DNA of 55,653 nucleotides from a virus (Duplodnaviria; Caudoviricetes): IMG/VR virus record IMGVR_UViG_3300011114_000465, positions 1 to 55,653 of that record; one strand, 5' to 3'. Shown piece by piece: positions 9,127 to 16,534 of this stretch (position 1 is its first letter; each line of letters starts with the position of its first letter). The notes under the pieces were generated by a model. It saw only the letters and a program-made list of their open reading frames with translations, ran no database searches and was not told where the DNA came from. The position numbers and the translations under genes were made by a program.

Positions 9127-9573
9127 ATGGCCGGATTGATCAAAAAGAAAATGGGTGCGCCCGAAATTAAAGGTGTGGATGAAAACAATCCGGCCTTCGT
9201 TCAGGCGTTGAAATTCGCCATGGGCGTTTTGTATGAACAAGGTGCTGCCGACGATGTGGCCAAACAATTAAGTGCTGGCCAGGACAAGGTAGACACCTTG
9301 GCCAACATTGCCTACGACATCACCAGCACAGTCGATGAAAAGACGCAAGGCCAAGTGCCGCGTGAGTTGATCGCTTTGTTGGCCATGGCGATTTTGAAAG
9401 AAGTCATTGACATCGCTGAAGCATTGAAGTTGGGCGTTACCCCCAAAGATGCAGCAGATGCTTTCAAACAAATGCTGTTGCGCTATCTTGGCGAGAACGG
9501 CGTGGACACATCTCAGCTCCAGCAGTCTATGGATAAGATTGATCCGAAGGTGTTCGAGCAACAAGGAGCTTAA
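9127..9573 (+). CDS. Hypothetical virion-associated protein
   Basis: AAGGA RBS; helical 148 aa. Confidence 0.6.
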   Translation: MAGLIKKKMGAPEIKGVDENNPAFVQALKFAMGVLYEQGAADDVAKQLSAGQDKVDTLANIAYDITSTVDEKTQGQVPRELIALLAMAILKEVIDIAEALKLGVTPKDAADAFKQMLLRYLGENGVDTSQLQQSMDKIDPKVFEQQGA

Positions 9574-9575
9574 TC

Positions 9576-10763
9576 ATGGCCGGACTTGTAATGAGCAATG
9601 TTGGCCAGGCCATCAGCGGGTTCGGCGCAAACGTCGGAAACCTGATGTTCAAAAGCATCGGGGATGAGGCCGACCGCGATGCCCGCATAGCCGCTCGAAA
9701 AGAAGAGTGGATGGCCAGGCTGGAAGACCGCCGCGATGCACGCACAGAGAACAACGATCTCAAGCGTGAACTGCTTGAGATGAAACTTGACGCTGGGGCC
9801 TCTAAGGCCAGCGGTAGCTCCAGTAGCGGCGGCAAGAGCGGCGGCATCAACATGGAAGACATCAAGCCTGGTGGCAGTCAAGAAGTGTGGATGGCTGCGC
9901 AGATGGAGATGACGGTCCCTCAGTACACCGAGTTTTACAACTCGATGAAGTCCGGCGACAAGACTGCCTTTTTGCAAAAAGTCACTACCCAGGCCGCGCC
10001 TGGCATGGGCGCGTACCAAGGCCAAACAGCAGAACAAGTATCTGCCGAAACAAAGATGGAGCTTCCCGCCGGGTTTGAGGCTGAGTACAAAGCCAAGATG
10101 AAAAAGCTGGGCCAGCTCCAAGAGTCTTATGCCCTGGGTGGCCATTACGACGACGTGATGAAAGGTCGTCAGCAAGGCTTCCAAACTGAAACAGGCGTGG
10201 GTGTGTTGGCTGGCAATATCAAACCAGGCCCTGGCGGTGAAGCCGTTGGTGTGTCGTTGGGCAAAGAGCGCATGAAAGTTGAAGGCGGCGAGAAGCTCAA
10301 CGTCTTTACCGGCGAAAGCAACACTACACCTTTGGGCAAATCTCAAATTACTGAAAATATGGCTCAGGCTACTAAAGCTAAAGAAGGTGGCGGTGCAAAG
10401 GCCCCTCGCGTTCAAAGTACCAAAGAAGATTCCAATGGCAACATGGTTTTGATTATGAGCGACGGCACAAGCAAACCTTTGCTGGAAAAAGACGGCAAGC
10501 CTATGCAAAGCGCAGCGTTCAACAAAGAAATTGCTAGGACCATCACTAAGATGGAAGAAGAGAGCTCTAAGTTTAAGAATTTGTCGGAAGAAGAAAAAAG
10601 AGCTAAAGCCCAAGAAAGACTGACTGGCAAGATGTCAGAGGCTGCGCCTGCGGCTTCATCCACTTCCGTGGCCACGCCAGTAACTCAAGCAGATTTTGAC
10701 AAACTGCCTTCGGGCGCAAAGTATAGAAATCCCAAAGACGGCAAAACCTACACGAAAAAATAA
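9576..10763 (+). CDS. Internal virion/ejection protein
   Basis: 395 aa; C-terminal FDKLPSGAKY..PKDGKTY.K module. Confidence 0.6.
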   Translation: MAGLVMSNVGQAISGFGANVGNLMFKSIGDEADRDARIAARKEEWMARLEDRRDARTENNDLKRELLEMKLDAGASKASGSSSSGGKSGGINMEDIKPGGSQEVWMAAQMEMTVPQYTEFYNSMKSGDKTAFLQKVTTQAAPGMGAYQGQTAEQVSAETKMELPAGFEAEYKAKMKKLGQLQESYALGGHYDDVMKGRQQGFQTETGVGVLAGNIKPGPGGEAVGVSLGKERMKVEGGEKLNVFTGESNTTPLGKSQITENMAQATKAKEGGGAKAPRVQSTKEDSNGNMVLIMSDGTSKPLLEKDGKPMQSAAFNKEIARTITKMEEESSKFKNLSEEEKRAKAQERLTGKMSEAAPAASSTSVATPVTQADFDKLPSGAKYRNPKDGKTYTKK

Positions 10764-10765
10764 TC

Positions 10766-13700
10766 ATGGCCCTTGATTTTTCCAAGTACGGCACGCCGGT
10801 TGAAGACCAAGACGAGCAACCCGATTTTTCAAAATTCGGCACGCTGGTAGAAGACGCTCGCCGTGAGCTGTCGCCAGGGTCAAAACCATCTACCGCTGGT
10901 GCAGGTCGTGGGAGCGTCAACCCGCCAAGTGTTGAGGCCCGCGATGACCGTGGAATCATTCAACGCGTTGGCGATTTTTTGAGGCCAGAATACAAAAGCG
11001 TTTTAGAAGGCGTTAAACCTACACCTCAAGAAACGCAAGCTGAGCTTGATCGTCGGCTATCTTATGGCGCAGGCCCCATTAGCCGTGAAACCGTAGCTAA
11101 GGCTGACTTTTCGCGTAGCGGTATGCTGGTCACTGATGACAAGACTGTCAACAAAGTGGCTGCCGCCATGCAGCAAAAAGGTCAGCCAAGTTTTGCTGAT
11201 TTTATTGAACGCGCAAATGACCCATCAGTTGTTCGGGCTGCCCGCGAAGCAAAGGCCGACGAGTTTAGAACTGCGGGTGAGTGGGCTGTCGATACGTTGT
11301 CTGGCTTGGCTCAGGGCGGGACTAGCCTGGTCCAGTTGCCCACCAACATCATTGCCCCTGGAAGCGTTCTTGCTCAATCTTTACGGGATACCCAAAAAGA
11401 ATTGCAAGCCCAAGAATCGAGCGTGCTTAAAGCGCAACGAGACCGTTTGCGCGAGCGTGTGGAAAATGAAGAAGGCTTTCTTGGAAAATACTTTGCCACG
11501 GTTGAAAGCCTTGTAACAAACCCCGCACTCAGCTTATCCGAAGCCACCAAACAAGTACCCAACTTTTTGGGTGTGATGGGGTTGGCCAAAGTGGGTGGAG
11601 TCCTGGCAGGCGAAACCGTAGGCTTGGCCACACGCGCCAGCCCAACGATTGCCCTTAGCGAAGCCATCAGCGGTAACGCCCTTCAAACCAGTGCTCGCAT
11701 GGCGGGTACAACCGCTGGCGGTTTGACGGCTACCACAATCATGACCAGTGGTGACGCTGCTGGGAATGTGTATGAAACACTCATTGATCCAAAGAAAACG
11801 CCGCGAAGCCTTTGGGAACAAAACCCGGACTACCAAAAACTCATTGCCGCAGGTAAAAGCCCCGCGCAAGCAATTGACGAAATAGCTACGGCCAAGGCTC
11901 GCCTAGCCGCTTTGATTGTTGCGCCTTTAGGTGTTTTTGGCTTTATGGGTGCTGAAGCAACAATTGCTTCTAGGGGCGCAGGAAAGATTTTGTCAGAAGT
12001 GGCAACGCCCAAAGGCGCGGCTAAGGTGTTTGGCAAAGAACTACTTGGCGAACAGGTCGAAGAAGGCGGCACACAGTTTGGCGGAAACGTCATCACTCAA
12101 ACGGTCAACCCCCAACAGAAATTGATGGAGGGTGTGCCCGAAGCAATGGCGACAGCTGCCGTTACATCGGCCCCATATTCAGCCGTTGCCGTTGGCCAAC
12201 AAGTTCGTGATGAATTAAATCGCCCGGCCCCTGTTGTTGATCAACAGGTTGACGCATTAGTTCGCCGGGCAATGGATGTTCAGTCATACGACGCAAACAT
12301 CATCAGCCCCACACAGACCGCGCGTATCAACCGCGCACAGACTGTCCTGAACCAGGCAACCAACGTCGACGACATGACCGGCGCGGCCAATGAGCTGGCC
12401 GGTAATCTCAACGAGATGTTGGTGCCAAACAACGCGGTCACACCGCTGCCGCCGGTTCTCAACGAGCCAGCTCCTACCAATGAACCCCTGCCTCCAGGCC
12501 CAGCACTGACCAATGAACCTCTGGCCCTGACCCCCGGTCCAGAGGTCAATGCGGAAACAGAACAACAGTTTGGCCTGGACAAGTTGCGCATGAACGCGCC
12601 ACGCCCGCAAAGCATCCAGGGTAAACCCGTTGCCAGCTTGACAGACGATGAGCTGTCAGCGACCATTGCCGACTCGAACGTCTCAGCCATCACCCGCAGA
12701 AGCGCAGAGGTTGAGCTGAAGGCCCGCCAATCGGAACAAACGCCAAATGCACCAGCAGCCACTACAACAGCCACCACGGCCATCCCGGATGTCACGGGTA
12801 CCCTTGGGTCAACCCCAGTGCGGGGTGGCGCTGCTGCACCGGTTAGCGAGCTCCCTGGAGCCGATACAGCAAGAGCGAATGCTCAACGATCTATTGATCG
12901 ATGGGCAACCTCCCAGGGCGTGGCTTCTCCGATCCAGTTCAACCCAGCACCCCCAGAAGAAACATCAGCCGTAAGCCAAATTGGCCAGGCGCTGAACAGC
13001 CAGTTCGGCACGCGCCTGTTTGCGTATCACGACACAAACGTGGCTTCGCCCAACGGTGTGGCCATTGCCGGCTCGGGATTTGTCAATACCGCCAACGTCG
13101 CAATCAATGTTGGCCGCACGTCGCTACATGAGTTCAAACACACAATTGAGCAGATCGCAAAGGTTGAGACCGATGCTGGATTAACCAACACCCCGGCCCA
13201 GCAATTCACTGCCCAACTCGATAGCATCTTTGACGACATGACCGATGAGGGCAAACGCGCCTACATCGAGAACTTCTTGCACCGAGATGACCTGGCTGGA
13301 ATCACGGACCCGGCTGCACGCGAAGCACGCATTCAGCAATACATGACCGCGCCGTTGACCCGGTCAGAGATGACTGCCGATTTCCTGGGCAACCGCGCGA
13401 CTGATAAAAAGTTTTGGGCCGATGTGGCCAAGGCTGACCCTCAAGGCTTCAAAGGCTTTGTCGACAAGTGGTTGAAGATCATCGACGGCCTGCTTGAGCG
13501 TTTGCGTGGCACATCAAAGCAAGGCAAATATGAATCCGCCCGGGTCGACAAATACGTTCGAGATTTGAACCGTGCAAAGATGACTGCCCGCGATGCGCTG
13601 GTTGCATACCGCAAGGGTACACTCCAGCAATTTGAAGGAGCCACCAATGGACCAGCCAACAATGCCGTTGCCGGAAGTCAAAACGTACCAGGAGTTGCAA

Positions 13701-16030
13701 CATCAGCTCGACCAGAATCTGATCAAGCTGGGCGTGCTGAGGTCCCAAGCTACGGAACAGGCAGACAAGGCGCAATCTCAGTTGTCGCGCGTCATTACTC
13801 AACGTCTCCCCAACAATCCCTAAGTGGAGCGTACTATGGCCGAGGACTTAAAGGGGCAGAACGTAATCGCCTGGACAGCAGCACTGATCCGCGCCTTAAA
13901 AACCGCATCTACTTCTACGTCGACCAAGGGTCAGGCATCCGACCAGAGTCCGGCGTGGGTGGCTATGCACATGAAGTCAAGCTGGACAACATCTACGATC
14001 CACAGACTGGGATTGTCAGACCCCAATCCGACCTCAATGGATTTGAATCCGCAGTAATTAACGCTGGCTTCGACGGGTATATTGCACCCTTCGGAAACAA
14101 CCAGGCAGCGGTCGTGCTGCTTGGCCAAAAGCACAAGGCCGTGCCAGTCAAACAGATTGGCCAACCGGCTGCCGCCGCTGCACCGCAAGCAGCCGCACCG
14201 ACCACACTGAAGAAGGGCCTCCTCTCGCGCGAGGCCAACGCAATCGACGTGTCCAAAATCCCTGGTGCCAAGATGCGCATGGGAAGCCTGGAGATTCCAG
14301 CCGAACAAACCGAAGCAGCCAACGCTGAGCTGGAGCGCATCGGCAGCGACGTGCGTTTTGCCAAGAAACAACAAACCGAAGTAGCTGGGCCACCAGTGCC
14401 AAAAGACTTTGGCGTGTACAAGGACGTGGCCAAGAGCTTCAAACTATCCGACGCTGAATACAACGCATCGGCTTTGCCACTGATGACCGGCCAAGCCGGA
14501 GACCGCGCGTTCCAAACGCCGCGTATTGGTGACCTGCCGCTGACTGTTGCGTGGTTAGACAACCGTCGCCAAGAATCGGGCATGCCCTTGCTCAACATCA
14601 AGAACGCCGACGATCGCGACACGTTGGCCAAGCTGCTGGCCGCTGAGGCCGTGGCCGCAATCAAAAGCGCGGGCAACGCTGTCGAATGGTATGACGAGAC
14701 CGTGGCCAAGACGTTGCGGATTATGGGGCTTAAATACCCCGAGTTGAACTCCGACCCAGCTGCACGCAATGCGTTTTTGATAGCCGTTGCCATATCCTCC
14801 CAGACGATGAATGTGGAAGACAACTTGCGTTATGCGTCTAAACAATATGACGCGTTTCGCAACACCGGAAAGTTTCCAGAGGTAGGCACTGGAAAATCTG
14901 CCCCGGCCATGGGAAATAATTTTGCTTTGGCCAATGATGTGTTGGCCGAACTGGGGCCTGATCTATTGCTTCGATTCTTGCGAACAGAATTCACCAAGCG
15001 CGATTTAGAAACCATGGGCTTCCCCATCACTGGCGAATCGATGGATGAGAACATGCTTGGCTCTGCCATCTTTGGTCCAAAGATCGGTTTTGGTTTTTAC
15101 TCAAACCTGACCGGCAACTTTGAGCCGGTGACCATGGACATGTGGTTCATGCGCACGATTGGTCGCCTGGCCGGTACGCTTCCAGCGTTTGATGAAAAGC
15201 TGTTTCCCAAACAAATAGCCAAATTACGCGCGGCTCTAGAACAGACAGGTGACGCGGGCAAGGGTTTGTACGCGGCCAGCTTTGACCCAGCCCTGGTGGC
15301 TGAGGCACTGAAGACTGACGAAGGTGCCGTTGCGTTAGCGCGACAAGTTAACAGCCTTCACAATCGCCAGTTCATCAAGGAGCGCGACAAGTTTGACGCT
15401 GGCACCCGGATCAAGACTGACCTGGTTGGCGCAGCCGCTTCGATCTTGAAGTCAGCAGACAAACCAAAAGACAGTCCCGGCAGCGGAGGCGAGCGCCAAC
15501 TTCTGCGGGACGTGGTCCGTCGGATGGTGGACAAGGTCGAAAAAGAAACAGGCAAGCGCGTGCCGCCTGCCGCATTGCAGGCTTTGATCTGGTATCCAGA
15601 ACAAGAGCTGTACAAAAAGCTGGGCGTAAAGCTAAGAGTTACTAGCCAAGATTACGCAGGTGCGGCAAAATCGCTGCTAACTAAAGAGGGCTTTGATGGA
15701 AAACGAATCAGCGCAGCAGCCAAATCTGGACCAGGACCAGCACGACAAGTGGCTGGCAAGCAGGTCGCGGGAGCAAATCAGCCGACTGGCCAGCAGGGTG
15801 GCCCAAGCGGCCCGCTCAGCGGAAAAGAGCGGGACACTTTCATCGCCACCCAAACTCCCCTTGAAACAATCTTCAGCGGATTAGGCAAACGCGGCTTGGC
15901 CAAGACCCGCGCCGAAGCTGCCGTTGAGTTGCGCCCAGACAGCGCACAAATCAAATACGTACAAGAGAATTTTCTCGACATCCTGTCTGAGTTGGAAGAC
16001 TCCGACCTTGTAAAAATTAACTGCGACTGA
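10766..16030 (+). CDS. Giant polyvalent virion protein 1: ejection/membrane region, HExxH zincin protease, ART-like domain, HhH-glycosylase-like domain
   Basis: HEFKH (13127-13141) plus downstream EMTAD; HYS..RIYFY..GFDGY; GPKIG..VTMDMW..LQALIW. Confidence 0.75.
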   Translation: MALDFSKYGTPVEDQDEQPDFSKFGTLVEDARRELSPGSKPSTAGAGRGSVNPPSVEARDDRGIIQRVGDFLRPEYKSVLEGVKPTPQETQAELDRRLSYGAGPISRETVAKADFSRSGMLVTDDKTVNKVAAAMQQKGQPSFADFIERANDPSVVRAAREAKADEFRTAGEWAVDTLSGLAQGGTSLVQLPTNIIAPGSVLAQSLRDTQKELQAQESSVLKAQRDRLRERVENEEGFLGKYFATVESLVTNPALSLSEATKQVPNFLGVMGLAKVGGVLAGETVGLATRASPTIALSEAISGNALQTSARMAGTTAGGLTATTIMTSGDAAGNVYETLIDPKKTPRSLWEQNPDYQKLIAAGKSPAQAIDEIATAKARLAALIVAPLGVFGFMGAEATIASRGAGKILSEVATPKGAAKVFGKELLGEQVEEGGTQFGGNVITQTVNPQQKLMEGVPEAMATAAVTSAPYSAVAVGQQVRDELNRPAPVVDQQVDALVRRAMDVQSYDANIISPTQTARINRAQTVLNQATNVDDMTGAANELAGNLNEMLVPNNAVTPLPPVLNEPAPTNEPLPPGPALTNEPLALTPGPEVNAETEQQFGLDKLRMNAPRPQSIQGKPVASLTDDELSATIADSNVSAITRRSAEVELKARQSEQTPNAPAATTTATTAIPDVTGTLGSTPVRGGAAAPVSELPGADTARANAQRSIDRWATSQGVASPIQFNPAPPEETSAVSQIGQALNSQFGTRLFAYHDTNVASPNGVAIAGSGFVNTANVAINVGRTSLHEFKHTIEQIAKVETDAGLTNTPAQQFTAQLDSIFDDMTDEGKRAYIENFLHRDDLAGITDPAAREARIQQYMTAPLTRSEMTADFLGNRATDKKFWADVAKADPQGFKGFVDKWLKIIDGLLERLRGTSKQGKYESARVDKYVRDLNRAKMTARDALVAYRKGTLQQFEGATNGPANNAVAGSQNVPGVATSARPESDQAGRAEVPSYGTGRQGAISVVARHYSTSPQQSLSGAYYGRGLKGAERNRLDSSTDPRLKNRIYFYVDQGSGIRPESGVGGYAHEVKLDNIYDPQTGIVRPQSDLNGFESAVINAGFDGYIAPFGNNQAAVVLLGQKHKAVPVKQIGQPAAAAAPQAAAPTTLKKGLLSREANAIDVSKIPGAKMRMGSLEIPAEQTEAANAELERIGSDVRFAKKQQTEVAGPPVPKDFGVYKDVAKSFKLSDAEYNASALPLMTGQAGDRAFQTPRIGDLPLTVAWLDNRRQESGMPLLNIKNADDRDTLAKLLAAEAVAAIKSAGNAVEWYDETVAKTLRIMGLKYPELNSDPAARNAFLIAVAISSQTMNVEDNLRYASKQYDAFRNTGKFPEVGTGKSAPAMGNNFALANDVLAELGPDLLLRFLRTEFTKRDLETMGFPITGESMDENMLGSAIFGPKIGFGFYSNLTGNFEPVTMDMWFMRTIGRLAGTLPAFDEKLFPKQIAKLRAALEQTGDAGKGLYAASFDPALVAEALKTDEGAVALARQVNSLHNRQFIKERDKFDAGTRIKTDLVGAAASILKSADKPKDSPGSGGERQLLRDVVRRMVDKVEKETGKRVPPAALQALIWYPEQELYKKLGVKLRVTSQDYAGAAKSLLTKEGFDGKRISAAAKSGPGPARQVAGKQVAGANQPTGQQGGPSGPLSGKERDTFIATQTPLETIFSGLGKRGLAKTRAEAAVELRPDSAQIKYVQENFLDILSELEDSDLVKINCD
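13647..13823 (+). CDS. Putative overprinted small ORF (+1 frame, 58 aa) in polyvalent protein 1 linker
   Basis: AAGGAG 6 nt before ATG, TACACT upstream; host frame is low-complexity here. Confidence 0.55.
   Translation: MDQPTMPLPEVKTYQELQHQLDQNLIKLGVLRSQATEQADKAQSQLSRVITQRLPNNP
15696..15884 (+). CDS. Putative overprinted small ORF (+1 frame, 62 aa) in polyvalent protein 1 linker
   Basis: AGAGGG 5 nt before ATG; host frame is G/A/Q/P linker. Confidence 0.45.
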   Translation: MENESAQQPNLDQDQHDKWLASRSREQISRLASRVAQAARSAEKSGTLSSPPKLPLKQSSAD

Positions 16031-16038
16031 GGACCAAC

Positions 16039-16530
16039 ATGACACCCAAGATGATCATCTCCCAAGAATGCAAAGACATGCTGGACGACGCGGTCCACTC
16101 AGAACTTTACGCATCCAATTTGTACAAGCACATCGCCAACGAACTGCAACGCATCGGCTACTTTGGCGCGAATAAATTCTTTTTGAAAGAAAGCGCAGAC
16201 GAGCTGGAACACTACCAGCGTCATGTTGAATTTCAAAACGATGTCGGCACTGTGGCCAAGGTGCCAATGATCGAAGCGATGGATGAGCCGATCAAGACAT
16301 TGAGCGATGCAATCGAAACCGGATATGAGACCGAGCTCCAGCTGTACAACGACTACAAGAAGTGGTACGGCCAGGCATCGGATGATCCTGTGGTCCAGCA
16401 GTTCTTGCTTCAGTTTCTGGAGATTCAGCGCACCAGTGTTGGTGAGTACGGCGACTTGCTTGCACGCATTCAGCTTGTCGATCAAGACAAGGCTGGCATG
16501 CTCTTAATCGACCAAGAACTGGGCGGTTAA
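16039..16530 (+). CDS. ftn: Ferritin-like protein
   Basis: ELYASNLY, ESADELEH, ETE, FLEIQ pattern matches ferritin ferroxidase-centre spacing; GAGG RBS. Confidence 0.85.
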   Translation: MTPKMIISQECKDMLDDAVHSELYASNLYKHIANELQRIGYFGANKFFLKESADELEHYQRHVEFQNDVGTVAKVPMIEAMDEPIKTLSDAIETGYETELQLYNDYKKWYGQASDDPVVQQFLLQFLEIQRTSVGEYGDLLARIQLVDQDKAGMLLIDQELGG

Positions 16531-16534
16531 TCAC

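Noticed and set aside
9570-10613. Long antisense ORFs (also 13993-14823, 44093-44911, 48838-49647)
   Set aside because: Typical reverse-frame shadows of biased codon usage; no start signals, atypical composition
13824-14057. Second +1-frame ORF after nested ORF 13647
   Set aside because: No RBS; overlaps a well-formed host domain; looks like a shadow frame
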